From IMG/VR virus record IMGVR_UViG_3300027863_001119, positions 1 to 64,000 of that record: a stretch of DNA of 64,000 nt. One strand, written 5' to 3'. The notes under the pieces were generated by a model. That model searched no databases. It saw nothing but the letters and a program-made list of their open reading frames with translations, and was not told the DNA's origin. This document shows, piece by piece, positions 10,548-20,384 of this stretch. The DNA comes from a virus. Both the position numbers and the translations under genes were made by a program. Numbering within the stretch: the first letter of the stretch is position 1; the number at the start of each line of letters is the position of its first letter.

Positions 10548-11606
10548 ATGCATTTTAAATTAAATAAATATTTAATTGAACAAAGTGTTAAGTTTTTAAG
10601 AAGAGTTTTAACATATAATAGTAAATGGGATAATTTAGGAATAGAACAAATACAAGTTGCATCGGGCTCATCTTTAGTATATGAACACTTTGCGTGGGAA
10701 AGCGAGAAGTATCCGATTATAGTAGTATCTACAGGAGGAGGGAATTATACAAGACCTTCATTTAATGATTTATGGAAAGTAGTAGACGACGATAGGTTTA
10801 TCTTAGGTAAGAGACCTTTAACATATGTAGAAGTAAATAATTTAAATGATTTAATAGTTCCTATTAATTATAGAGATTTGATAGGGAATACAATTAGAGG
10901 AATTGAAGTTGTTGTTTCTTTAACAGAGAGAAATTTAGATGAAGAAAGCTTAGTTGTTCAAGTTTATAAAGACTCTTCTCTTATTAGCTCAGGAAGTTTA
11001 ACTAATATAAAAGGAATGAATTCTTATTTTTCAGAGTTTTCTAATAGTTTTGAAATCCAAAAAAATAGTGATTATTATTTAAAGTTTTTGACTCAAGATA
11101 ACAGTAGCTATTATATAATGATTGATAGTGACTTTAATGGGAATTATCAATATAATAATGCAACAAGATCTGGAAGTATAGTTGGGAGTTTATATTTTCC
11201 TGCTTGTATAAGATTAGGAGGGACTTTTGAATCTTCTTTACAATTTAGCGTTCAAGCTAAAAACGATACTGCTACTGTTTATAATCTTACAGAATTAATT
11301 TCTATATATTTTACTCTTGCTAAGTATTGTCAAGTATCTCGTGCGTCAGATGCAATAAACGGTTTAAAATTGTCTCAAGCAGATATAAATAATATAGTTT
11401 CTGAATTTACAGAAAAAGGTATTTTTATAAAGGGTATTTCTCAAGGTCCTATAAATAGTAGACGTAGAGGAGATAAAGATATTATTTTCTTTTCTACAAT
11501 AACTGTAAATTTCTATACAGAGTGGTATGAAGATTATCCATTAAGTACAATACGTTCTATAGAGGTAGATGCTAAAACTTTTAATGAAAATTTGTTGTTT
11601 TATTGA
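10548..11606 (+). CDS. Putative tail terminator/neck protein
   Basis: Lies immediately upstream of sheath. The YPIIVV motif and C-terminal strand pattern resemble tail-completion proteins. Confidence 0.4.
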   Translation: MHFKLNKYLIEQSVKFLRRVLTYNSKWDNLGIEQIQVASGSSLVYEHFAWESEKYPIIVVSTGGGNYTRPSFNDLWKVVDDDRFILGKRPLTYVEVNNLNDLIVPINYRDLIGNTIRGIEVVVSLTERNLDEESLVVQVYKDSSLISSGSLTNIKGMNSYFSEFSNSFEIQKNSDYYLKFLTQDNSSYYIMIDSDFNGNYQYNNATRSGSIVGSLYFPACIRLGGTFESSLQFSVQAKNDTATVYNLTELISIYFTLAKYCQVSRASDAINGLKLSQADINNIVSEFTEKGIFIKGISQGPINSRRRGDKDIIFFSTITVNFYTEWYEDYPLSTIRSIEVDAKTFNENLLFY

Positions 11607-11685
11607 TAAGTGTAACTATATATATTATGTACTTTAATACTATTTTGTAAACAATTAAAATTTATATAAAAAGGAGTAAGTGAAA

Positions 11686-13134
11686 ATGGCAACTTATAGA
11701 CCTCCTCAAACAACCGTAGAGGTATATGATAATCCGATGATTATTAACACAGCTGGTAATGTTAAGATTCCGGCGATAGTAGGATTAGGTCCAACCGTTC
11801 TTCAAGTTGAAGATGTTGCTGTTGTAAGAAGGACTGGAAATATTGATATTTTGCCTGATAGTGATAAGACTATTTTGTCAATAACAAAAGTATCTCAAAC
11901 TCCCAATATTGCATCTGGAAGTTTAGCTTATAAACTCATTTCTTTAGGGGGTGCCTTGTATGATATTTCTAAAATTTCTATTTCTAATCCCGGAGCAGTT
12001 CAATGGGCTTCTGGTACTGATGTTCCAAACGTAGGAGAAGTATATTATATAAGTTATACATATGCAGCTCCCCCAGAACAATTTGACCCGAAGATTTATT
12101 ACGACAAAGAAAGTATTTTAAGAGATAAAGGTCCAGAAAATACTTCTACTGGAATATTATCAATAGCGGGAAGTATTGTTTTAGAGAACGGAAGTCCAGG
12201 AGTAATGTTAGTGCAAGCTTCAGGTTCAACTTATAGCGAAGTTGCGTATAAAGCTGCTATTGATAAGTTACAAAAGAAAGATAATATATCTTATATAGTT
12301 TGTGTTTTTCCAAGCGGGTCGGTTACAAAAGCTCAACAAGAATCTCTTATTAATTATGCTCATACACATGTAATAATTATGAATAATTCAGGAAAGGAGA
12401 GAGGAATTATTTCTGGTTCTCCAAGTCCTTATACGGCTTCTGATGGATTTGATTCTATAGGAGATATATCTACTCCAAATACTTATTGTTATAGAGCCAA
12501 TTCAATAAAGAACAAACATCATACATATGTAGTTCCTTCTTATGCAACTCGATCTGATGCATTAGGGAATGTAATGAAACTAGATGGTAATTATATTGCA
12601 GCTGCACTTGCTGGATTAAGATCAGCTCAACCAAAACGTTCTACTCCTGTTCATGGGTTTGTGTTGACCGGATTTTCTATAGTGGATGAAAAGTGGAATG
12701 ATATGGAAATGAATCGTTTAGGAGCTGCAAGCTGTTGTGTTATTCAAAGTAAATCAGGAATTGTAACTGTAAGAGATGATATTACTACAGATCCTACATC
12801 TGCGGATACTCAAGAACCATCAGTAGTTGATGTACAACGATTAGTAAAAGAAACTCTTAGAAAAGGACTTAACGATGTCTTTTCTAATAAAGGAAAGGTT
12901 ATTAATAGTACAACAGTTAATGATGTAGTAGCAGTTACTACTTCACTCCTACAATCTTTAGTGAGAGCACAAGAGATCTCTGCATACGGAAAAATAGATA
13001 ATCCTTTAACCGGAGAAACAAAAGTTTCTGCAAAACAAAATGCACAAGAGCCAAGACAAATTGATGTTTCTTGTTCTTATAAACCTTTATATCCATTAAA
13101 GTGGATAAATGTAACAGTAAATGTTTATATTTAA
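11686..13134 (+). CDS. Contractile tail sheath protein
   Basis: N-terminal YRPP..VE, AAALAG, RDDITT and C-terminal YKPLYPLKWINV sheath signature. AGGAG lies 9 nt before ATG 11686. Confidence 0.88.
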   Translation: MATYRPPQTTVEVYDNPMIINTAGNVKIPAIVGLGPTVLQVEDVAVVRRTGNIDILPDSDKTILSITKVSQTPNIASGSLAYKLISLGGALYDISKISISNPGAVQWASGTDVPNVGEVYYISYTYAAPPEQFDPKIYYDKESILRDKGPENTSTGILSIAGSIVLENGSPGVMLVQASGSTYSEVAYKAAIDKLQKKDNISYIVCVFPSGSVTKAQQESLINYAHTHVIIMNNSGKERGIISGSPSPYTASDGFDSIGDISTPNTYCYRANSIKNKHHTYVVPSYATRSDALGNVMKLDGNYIAAALAGLRSAQPKRSTPVHGFVLTGFSIVDEKWNDMEMNRLGAASCCVIQSKSGIVTVRDDITTDPTSADTQEPSVVDVQRLVKETLRKGLNDVFSNKGKVINSTTVNDVVAVTTSLLQSLVRAQEISAYGKIDNPLTGETKVSAKQNAQEPRQIDVSCSYKPLYPLKWINVTVNVYI

Positions 13135-13160
13135 TTCTTTTTTAAGATTTTAGTTTTTTT

Positions 13161-13198
13161 TACAACAAAAAAAGTTTGAAAAAACTTTTTTTGTTGTA
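13161..13198. promoter_or_regulatory. Perfect 17-bp inverted repeat with GAAA loop (terminator or operator) overlapping a possible sigma70 promoter for the LRR array
   Basis: tacaacaaaaaaagttt-gaaa-aaactttttttgttgta. TTGAAA at 13176 and TATATT at 13200 (18-nt spacer). Confidence 0.55.
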
Positions 13199-13240
13199 TT
13201 ATATTAGTCATTATTGATTTTTTTAAGAGAAAATAATATA

Positions 13241-13387
13241 ATGGAAAAAAAATGCCCTATCATATTTATTTCTTGCAAACCCAATAGAATAAAAAAAATT
13301 CAAAACACACCATCATCCAAACCTCCAAAAAAACTAAATATAATTTTAAACAAAATAAAAATAGAAGGAAAAGCATATGTTAAATAA
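13241..13387 (+). CDS. 48-aa degenerate zero-repeat LRR-array leader unit (N-cap remnant fused to C-cap)
   Basis: MEKKCPIIFISCKPNRIKKIQNTPSSKPPKKLNIILNKIKIEGKAYVK*. Ends in the same stop/ATG overlap as the array genes. Confidence 0.5.
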   Translation: MEKKCPIIFISCKPNRIKKIQNTPSSKPPKKLNIILNKIKIEGKAYVK

Positions 13388-14015
13388 ACTAAGTTTTGAT
13401 AACATATTTATTCCACGTAAAATAGATGAAATAGAAGAAAAAGAAAGAGCAAAAATTCAAAAACTTCTACAACAAGAAATTATAGAAGGAGATTTAGATT
13501 TACAAGGAATTAATTGGATTGAAGATTTAGGAAATGTTAAAGAAGTAAGAGGTAATGTATATTTACAAAACTCTTCCATTAAAAGTTTAGGAAATCTTGA
13601 GAGAGTTGAAGGAGATTTAAGTTTAGAAAACACCCCTATTCAATCTTTAGGAAATCTCAAATATGTTGGAGAAGATTTATATTTACAAGATACTTCTATT
13701 CAATCATTAGGAAGTCTTAAACAAGTGGAGGGAAGTTTATACTTACAAAACTCTCAAATCCAATCATTAGGAAATCTTGAACATGTAAGATGGAACTTAG
13801 ATTTATATAATACCTCTATTCAATCTTTAGGAAATCTTCAATATGTTGGAAGATGGTTAGACTTAAGAAACACTCCTATTCAATCATTAGGAAATCTTTG
13901 TTATGTTGGAAAAGACTTATACTTACGAAATACTCCTTTATCTAAACTTCCAAAAGAAGAATTGGATGAAATTTTAAGCGGAATAGAAATAAAAGGAGAA
14001 ATATATATTGAATAA
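13377..14015 (+). CDS. LRR array gene 1 (212 aa, 8 repeats)
   Basis: N-cap MLNKLSFDNIFIPRK, 20-aa xxLxLxNTPIQSLGNLxxV repeats, C-cap PLSKLPKEEL. Confidence 0.9.
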   Translation: MLNKLSFDNIFIPRKIDEIEEKERAKIQKLLQQEIIEGDLDLQGINWIEDLGNVKEVRGNVYLQNSSIKSLGNLERVEGDLSLENTPIQSLGNLKYVGEDLYLQDTSIQSLGSLKQVEGSLYLQNSQIQSLGNLEHVRWNLDLYNTSIQSLGNLQYVGRWLDLRNTPIQSLGNLCYVGKDLYLRNTPLSKLPKEELDEILSGIEIKGEIYIE

Positions 14016-14823
14016 ATCAAACTTTAACAACATATTTATTCCACGTAAGATAGATGAAATAGAAGAAAAAGAAAAAACGAAAATTCAAAAACTTCTTCAA
14101 CAAGAAGTCATAGAAGGAGATTTAGATTTACATGGAATTGATTGGATTGAAGATTTAGGGAATATTAGAGAAGTAAGAGGGGATTTATACTTATATGATT
14201 CTTCCATTAAAAGTTTAGGAAAACTTGAAAAAGTTAATGGAGGTTTATATTCACACAATACTCCTATTCAATCATTAGGAAATCTTTGTTATGTCAGGAA
14301 AAATCTATGGTTAGAAAACTCTCAAATCCAATCATTAGGAGACCTCGAATATGTTGGACAGTCTTTAGATTTACGTAATACTTCTATTCAGTCTTTAGGA
14401 AAACTTGAGTATGTAGGGGGGAATTTAGATTTAAAAAACTCTCAAATTCAATCCTTAGGAGACCTCGAATATGTCGGTGAGAGTTTATTAGCAGCAAACT
14501 CTCAAATCCAATCTTTAGGAAATCTTGAAAGAGTTGGCAAAGATTTATGGTTAGAAAACACTCCTATTCAATCATTAGGAAATCTTCGTTATGTTGGAGA
14601 AGATTTAGATTTATCGAATACTCTCATTCAATCACTAGAAAATCTTTGTTATGTTGGTAGCTATTTAGATTTACGCAATACTCCTATTCAATCATTAGGA
14701 AATCTCGAGTATGTCAGAGGATGGTTAGACTTACGAAATACCCCATTATCAAAACTTTCAAAAGAAGAACTAAATAAAATTTTAAGTAAAATAGAAATCA
14801 GAGGAGAAGTATATGTTGAATAA
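14008..14823 (+). CDS. LRR array gene 2 (271 aa, 11 repeats; TTG start)
   Basis: The usual ATG is mutated to ATA. The next codon TTG has AGGAG 9 nt upstream. Confidence 0.85.
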   Translation: MNKSNFNNIFIPRKIDEIEEKEKTKIQKLLQQEVIEGDLDLHGIDWIEDLGNIREVRGDLYLYDSSIKSLGKLEKVNGGLYSHNTPIQSLGNLCYVRKNLWLENSQIQSLGDLEYVGQSLDLRNTSIQSLGKLEYVGGNLDLKNSQIQSLGDLEYVGESLLAANSQIQSLGNLERVGKDLWLENTPIQSLGNLRYVGEDLDLSNTLIQSLENLCYVGSYLDLRNTPIQSLGNLEYVRGWLDLRNTPLSKLSKEELNKILSKIEIRGEVYVE

Positions 14824-15391
14824 ACTAAGTTTTGATAATATATTCATTCCACGTAAAATAGATGAAATAGAAGAAAAAGAAAAAACGAGAATTCAAAAGA
14901 TTCTTCAACAAGAAATCATAGAAGGAGATTTAGATTTATATGGAATTAATTGGATTGAAGATTTAGGAAATGTTAAAGAAGTAAGAGGCAGTTTAGATTT
15001 ACACGATTCTTCTATTAAAAGTTTAGGAAATCTTGAAAGGGTTGGAGGTGATTTATGGTTAGAAAATACTCTCGTTCAATCATTAGGAAATCTTCGTTAT
15101 GTTGGAGGGAGTTTAGATTTACGTAATACTTCTATTCAATCATTAGGGAATCTTAAATATGTAGGAGGTCATTTTGATTTACACAATTCTCAAATCCAAT
15201 CATTAGGAAATCTTCGTTATGTTGGAAGCAGTTTATGGTTGAATAATACTCCTATTCAATCATTAGGAAATCTCGAATATGTTGGAAGGAGATTATACTT
15301 ACAAAATACTCCATTATCTAAACTTCCAAAAAAAGAACTAAATAAAATTTTAAGTAAGATAGAAATTGGACAAGAAGTACATGTTAGATAA
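14813..15391 (+). CDS. LRR array gene 3 (192 aa, 7 repeats)
   Basis: Same cap/repeat architecture, 11-nt overlap with previous gene. Confidence 0.9.
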   Translation: MLNKLSFDNIFIPRKIDEIEEKEKTRIQKILQQEIIEGDLDLYGINWIEDLGNVKEVRGSLDLHDSSIKSLGNLERVGGDLWLENTLVQSLGNLRYVGGSLDLRNTSIQSLGNLKYVGGHFDLHNSQIQSLGNLRYVGSSLWLNNTPIQSLGNLEYVGRRLYLQNTPLSKLPKKELNKILSKIEIGQEVHVR

Positions 15392-15959
15392 ACTAAGTTT
15401 TGATAACATATTTATTCCACGTAAACTTGATGAAATAGAAGAAAAAGAAAAAACGAGAATTCAAAAGATTCTTCAACAAGAAATCATAGAAGGAGATTTA
15501 GATTTACGTGGAATTAACTGGATCGAAGATTTAGGAAATATTAGAGAAGTAAAAGGAGATTTATACTTAAATGATTCTTCCATTAAAAGTTTAGGAAATC
15601 TTGAAAAGGTCGAAGGCAGTTTATGGTTAGAAAACACTTCTATTCAATCATTAGGAAATCTTCGTTATGTTGGAGGCAGTTTATGGTTACAAAATACTCC
15701 TATTCAATCATTAGGAAATCTTAAATATGTAGGGCGGAGTTTATACTTACAAAATACTCCTATTCAATCATTAGGAAATCTTGAATATGTTGGAGGTTAT
15801 TTATATTTACAAAATACTCCAATTCAATCATTAGGAAATCTTGAGTATGTTAGAAAAGACTTATACTTACAAAATACTCCTTTATCAAAACTTCCAAAAG
15901 AAGAACTAAATAAAATTTTAAGTAAGATAGAAATTAGAAGAAAAGTATATGTTAAATAA
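15381..15959 (+). CDS. LRR array gene 4 (192 aa, 7 repeats)
   Basis: Start reassigned to conserved ATG 15381 (MLDKLSF). Confidence 0.9.
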   Translation: MLDKLSFDNIFIPRKLDEIEEKEKTRIQKILQQEIIEGDLDLRGINWIEDLGNIREVKGDLYLNDSSIKSLGNLEKVEGSLWLENTSIQSLGNLRYVGGSLWLQNTPIQSLGNLKYVGRSLYLQNTPIQSLGNLEYVGGYLYLQNTPIQSLGNLEYVRKDLYLQNTPLSKLPKEELNKILSKIEIRRKVYVK

Positions 15960-16707
15960 ACTAAGTTTTAACAACATATTCATTCCACGTAAACTTGATG
16001 AAATAGAAGAAAAAGAAAAAACGAGAATTCAAAAGATTCTTCAACAAGAAGTCATAGAAGGAGATTTAGATTTACGCGGAATTAACTGGATCGAAGATTT
16101 AGGAAATGTTAAAGAAGTAAGAGGTAATGTATATTTACAAAACTCTTCCATTAAAAGTTTAGGAAATCTTAAACAAGTTAACGGAGATTTATGGTTAGAA
16201 AACACTCCCATTCAATCATTAGGAAATCTTGAACGAGTTGAAGGTAGTTTAGATTTAGAAAACACTTTTATTCAATCATTAGAAAATCTCGAATATGTTG
16301 GAGGTTATTTAAATTTACGTAACACTTCTATTCAATCATTAGGAAATCTTTATTATATTAGAGGATGGTTAGATTTACGAAACTCTCAAATTCAATCATT
16401 AGGAAATCTTGAACATGTAGGACGTAGTTTATACTTACAAAATACTCCTATTCAATCATTAAGAAATCTTGAGTATATTGGCGAAAGTTTATTTGCATCA
16501 AACACTCCTATTCAATCATTAGGAAATCTTCATTATGTAGGGTGGAATTTAGATTTACAAAACTCTCAAATTCAATCTTTAGGTGATCTTCATTATGTTG
16601 GAAAAAACTTATACTTGCAAAATACCTCATTATCAGAACTTCCAGAAGAAGAATTAAATAGAATCTTAAGTAAGATAGAAATTAGAGGAAAAGTATATGT
16701 TAGATAA
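15949..16707 (+). CDS. LRR array gene 5 (252 aa, 10 repeats)
   Basis: Same architecture. Confidence 0.9.
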   Translation: MLNKLSFNNIFIPRKLDEIEEKEKTRIQKILQQEVIEGDLDLRGINWIEDLGNVKEVRGNVYLQNSSIKSLGNLKQVNGDLWLENTPIQSLGNLERVEGSLDLENTFIQSLENLEYVGGYLNLRNTSIQSLGNLYYIRGWLDLRNSQIQSLGNLEHVGRSLYLQNTPIQSLRNLEYIGESLFASNTPIQSLGNLHYVGWNLDLQNSQIQSLGDLHYVGKNLYLQNTSLSELPEEELNRILSKIEIRGKVYVR

Positions 16708-17395
16708 ACTAAGTTTTGATAACATATTTATTCCACGTAAGATAGATGAAATAGAAGAAAAAGAAAAAATGAGAATTCAAAAACTTCTACGGCCAGAAGT
16801 CGTAGAAGGGGACTTAGATTTACACGAAATTAACTGTATTGAAGATTTAGGAAACATTAGAGAAGTAAAAGGCAATGTATATTTACAAAACTCTTCCATT
16901 AAAAGTTTAGGGAAGCTTGAAAGAGTTGATGGAGATTTATGGTTATACAGTATTCAAATCCAATCTTTAGGAAATCTTCAATATGTGGGACAGTCTTTAT
17001 ATTTACTCAATGTTCCTATTCAGTCATTAGGAAATCTTCAATATGTTGGTGGTTATTTAGATTTACATAATTCTCAAATCCAATCATTAGGAAATCTTTG
17101 TCATGTTGGGGAAGGTTTATGGTTAAAAAACTCTCAAATTCAATCATTAGGAAATCTTAAGTACGTTGGACAGTCTTTAGATTTACAAAACACTCCTATT
17201 CAATCATTAGGAAATCTTCAACACGTTGGAAGATGGCTAGACTTAAGAAACACTCCTATTCAATCTTTAGGAAATCTTCGTTATGTTGGAAAAGACTTAT
17301 ACTTACGAAATACTCCTTTATCAAAACTTCCAGAAGAAGAACTAAATAAAATTTTAAGTAAGATAGAAATCGAAGGAGAAGTATATGTTAAATAA
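16697..17395 (+). CDS. LRR array gene 6 (232 aa, 9 repeats)
   Basis: Same architecture. Confidence 0.9.
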   Translation: MLDKLSFDNIFIPRKIDEIEEKEKMRIQKLLRPEVVEGDLDLHEINCIEDLGNIREVKGNVYLQNSSIKSLGKLERVDGDLWLYSIQIQSLGNLQYVGQSLYLLNVPIQSLGNLQYVGGYLDLHNSQIQSLGNLCHVGEGLWLKNSQIQSLGNLKYVGQSLDLQNTPIQSLGNLQHVGRWLDLRNTPIQSLGNLRYVGKDLYLRNTPLSKLPEEELNKILSKIEIEGEVYVK

Positions 17396-18260
17396 ACCAA
17401 GCTTTAACAACATATTTATCCCTCGTAGAATAGATGAAATAGAAGAAAGAGAAAAAAAGAAAATTCGAAAACTTCTGCAACAAGAAATCATAGAAGGATG
17501 GTTAGATTTATCTAGAATTGACTGGATCGAAGATTTAGGAAACGTTAGAGAAGTAAGAGGTAATTTATACTTACAAGACTCTTCTATTAAACGTTTAGGA
17601 AAGCTTGAAAGAGTAGATGGAGATTTACGCTTAGAAAACTCTCCTATTCAATCATTAGGAAATCTTGAAAGAGTAGATGGAAATTTACATTTAGAAAATT
17701 CTCAAATTCAATCATTAGGAAATCTTGAAAGAGTAGATGGAAATTTACATTTAGAAAATTCTCAAATTCAATCATTAGGAAATCTTAAATATGTAGAGGG
17801 AAGTTTAGATTTAGCAAACACCCCCATTCAATCATTAGGAAATCTTGAACGAGTTGACAGAGATTTATGGTTAGACCATACTTCCATTCAATCCTTGGGA
17901 AATCTTCGTTATGTTGGTGGTTATTTAGATTTACACGATACCCCTATTCAATCATTAGGAAATCTTGAACAAGTTGACGAAGACTTACAGTTAGAAAATT
18001 CTCAAATTCAATCATTAGGAAATCTTCGTTATGTAGGACAATCTTTAGATTTACACAACACTCCTATTCAATCATTAGGAAATCTCCAACAAGTAGGAGG
18101 GAATTTAGATTTACAAAACTCTCAAATTCAATCTTTAGGAAAACTTGAGTATGTTAGAGGATGGATAGACTTAAGAGATACTCCATTATCAAAACTTCCA
18201 AAAGAAGAATTAAATAGAATTTTAAGTAAGATAGAAATAGAAGAGGGGATATATGTATAA
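17385..18260 (+). CDS. LRR array gene 7 (291 aa, 12 repeats)
   Basis: Same architecture, with an exact 60-bp tandem duplication. Confidence 0.9.
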   Translation: MLNKPSFNNIFIPRRIDEIEEREKKKIRKLLQQEIIEGWLDLSRIDWIEDLGNVREVRGNLYLQDSSIKRLGKLERVDGDLRLENSPIQSLGNLERVDGNLHLENSQIQSLGNLERVDGNLHLENSQIQSLGNLKYVEGSLDLANTPIQSLGNLERVDRDLWLDHTSIQSLGNLRYVGGYLDLHDTPIQSLGNLEQVDEDLQLENSQIQSLGNLRYVGQSLDLHNTPIQSLGNLQQVGGNLDLQNSQIQSLGKLEYVRGWIDLRDTPLSKLPKEELNRILSKIEIEEGIYV

Positions 18261-18828
18261 ACTAAGTTTTAACGACATATTTATTCCACGTAGAATAGAT
18301 GAAATAGAAGAAAAAGAAAAAACGAGAATTCAAAAGATTCTTCAACAAGAAGTTGTAGAAGGAAGTTTAGATTTACCCGGAATTAACTGGATCGAAGATT
18401 TAGGAAATATTAGAGAAGTAAGAGGTAATTTATACTTACAAAACTCTTCTATTAAAAGTTTAGGAAAACTAGAGTATGTTGAAAAAAGTTTATGGTTATA
18501 CAATTCTCAAATTCAATCTTTAGGGAATCTTAAAAAAGTTAATGGGGATTTATGGTTATACAATACTCCTATTCAATCATTAGGAAATCTTGAACGAGTT
18601 AATGGGAATCTATGGTTAGACAATTCTCAAATCCAATCATTGGGAAATCTTCAACACGTAGGAGAGAGTTTAGATTTAGAAAACACTCCTATTCAATCAT
18701 TGGGAAAACTTAAGTATGTTGGAGCATGTTTATACTTAAGAAATACTCCATTATCAAAACTTCCAAGAAAAGAACTAAATATAATTTTAAACAAAATAGA
18801 AATTGGTGGAGAAGTATATGTTAGATAA
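18253..18828 (+). CDS. LRR array gene 8 (191 aa, 7 repeats)
   Basis: Same architecture. Junction is shortened by one codon (8-nt overlap). Confidence 0.9.
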   Translation: MYKLSFNDIFIPRRIDEIEEKEKTRIQKILQQEVVEGSLDLPGINWIEDLGNIREVRGNLYLQNSSIKSLGKLEYVEKSLWLYNSQIQSLGNLKKVNGDLWLYNTPIQSLGNLERVNGNLWLDNSQIQSLGNLQHVGESLDLENTPIQSLGKLKYVGACLYLRNTPLSKLPRKELNIILNKIEIGGEVYVR

Positions 18829-19576
18829 ACTAAGCTTTAATGGTATATTCATTCCACGTAAAATAGATGAAATAGAAGAAAAAGAAAAAACGAGAATTCA
18901 AAAACTTCTACAACAAGAAATCATAGAAGGAGATTTAGATTTACAAGGGATTAATCAGATCGAAGATTTAGGAAATGTTAGAGAAGTAAGAGGGAATTTA
19001 GATTTACGAAACTCTTCCATTAAAAGTTTAGAAAATCTTGAGTATATTGGTGAAAGTTTATTAGCCTCAAACACTCCTATTCAATCATTAGGAAATCTTC
19101 GTTATGTTGGAGAAGATTTAAATTTACGCAACACTCCTATTCAATCATTAGAAAAACTTGAACGAGTTGAAGGTAATTTAGATTTAGAAAGCACTCCTAT
19201 TCAATCATTAGGGAATCTTCGTTATGTTGGTGGTTATTTAGATTTACACAACACTCCTATTCAATCATTAGGAAATCTCGAATATGTAGGATCGTGGTTA
19301 GATTTACAAAAAGCTTCTATTCAATCCTTAGGAAATCTTCATTATGTTAGAGGATGGTTAGACCTAAGAGATACTCCTATTCAATCATTAGGAAATCTTG
19401 AACGTATTGGAGAATGGTTAAGTTTACGTAATACTTCTATTCAATCTTTAGGAAATCTTCGTTATGTTGGAAAAGACTTATACTTACGAAACACATCTTT
19501 ATCAAAACTTCCAGAAGAAGAATTAAATAGAATCTTAAGTAAGATAGAAATCGGAGGAGAAGTATATGTTGAATAA
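18818..19576 (+). CDS. LRR array gene 9 (252 aa, 10 repeats)
   Basis: Start reassigned to conserved ATG 18818. Confidence 0.9.
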   Translation: MLDKLSFNGIFIPRKIDEIEEKEKTRIQKLLQQEIIEGDLDLQGINQIEDLGNVREVRGNLDLRNSSIKSLENLEYIGESLLASNTPIQSLGNLRYVGEDLNLRNTPIQSLEKLERVEGNLDLESTPIQSLGNLRYVGGYLDLHNTPIQSLGNLEYVGSWLDLQKASIQSLGNLHYVRGWLDLRDTPIQSLGNLERIGEWLSLRNTSIQSLGNLRYVGKDLYLRNTSLSKLPEEELNRILSKIEIGGEVYVE

Positions 19577-20384
19577 ACTAAGTTTTGATAACATATTTAT
19601 TCCACGTAGAATAGATGAAATAGAAGAAAAAGAAAGAGCAAGAATTCGAAGACTTTTACAACAAGAAGTCGTAGAAGGAAGTTTAGATTTACAAGAAATT
19701 GACTGGATCGAAGATTTAGGAAATGTTAGAGAAGTAAGAGGTAATGTATATTTACAAAACTCTTCTATTAAAAGTTTAGGAAGACTTGAAAAAGTTGAAG
19801 GCAGTTTATTGTTACACAATTCTCAAATTCAATCTTTAGGAAATCTTAAACAAGTTAATGGAGATTTATGGCTATACAATACTCCTATTCAATCATTAGG
19901 AAATCTTAAACAAGTTGGTAATTATTTAGATTTACAAAATACTCCTATTCAATCCTTAGGAAAACTTGAGTGTGTCGGAAAGTCTTTAGATTTACGTAAT
20001 ACTCCTATTCAGTCATTAGGAAATCTTAGATATGTTGGAGAAAACTTATACTTACAAAATACTCCTATTCAATCTTTAGGAAATCTTAAACATGTTGAAG
20101 GAGATTTAGATTTACGCAATACCCCCATCCAATCATTAGGAAATCTCAAATATGTAGGATATAATTTATACTTGCAAAACTCTCAAATTCAATCATTAGG
20201 AAATCTCAGATATGTAGGACTGTCTTTAGATTTACAAAACACTCCTATTCAATCATTAGGAAATCTCGAGTACGTAAGGTGGAGGTTAGACTTACAAAAT
20301 ACTCCATTATCAAAACTTCCAGAAGAAGAATTAAATAGAATCTTAAGTAAGATAGAAATTGGAGGAGAAGTATATGTTGAATAA
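19566..20384 (+). CDS. LRR array gene 10 (272 aa, 11 repeats)
   Basis: Same architecture. Confidence 0.9.
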   Translation: MLNKLSFDNIFIPRRIDEIEEKERARIRRLLQQEVVEGSLDLQEIDWIEDLGNVREVRGNVYLQNSSIKSLGRLEKVEGSLLLHNSQIQSLGNLKQVNGDLWLYNTPIQSLGNLKQVGNYLDLQNTPIQSLGKLECVGKSLDLRNTPIQSLGNLRYVGENLYLQNTPIQSLGNLKHVEGDLDLRNTPIQSLGNLKYVGYNLYLQNSQIQSLGNLRYVGLSLDLQNTPIQSLGNLEYVRWRLDLQNTPLSKLPEEELNRILSKIEIGGEVYVE

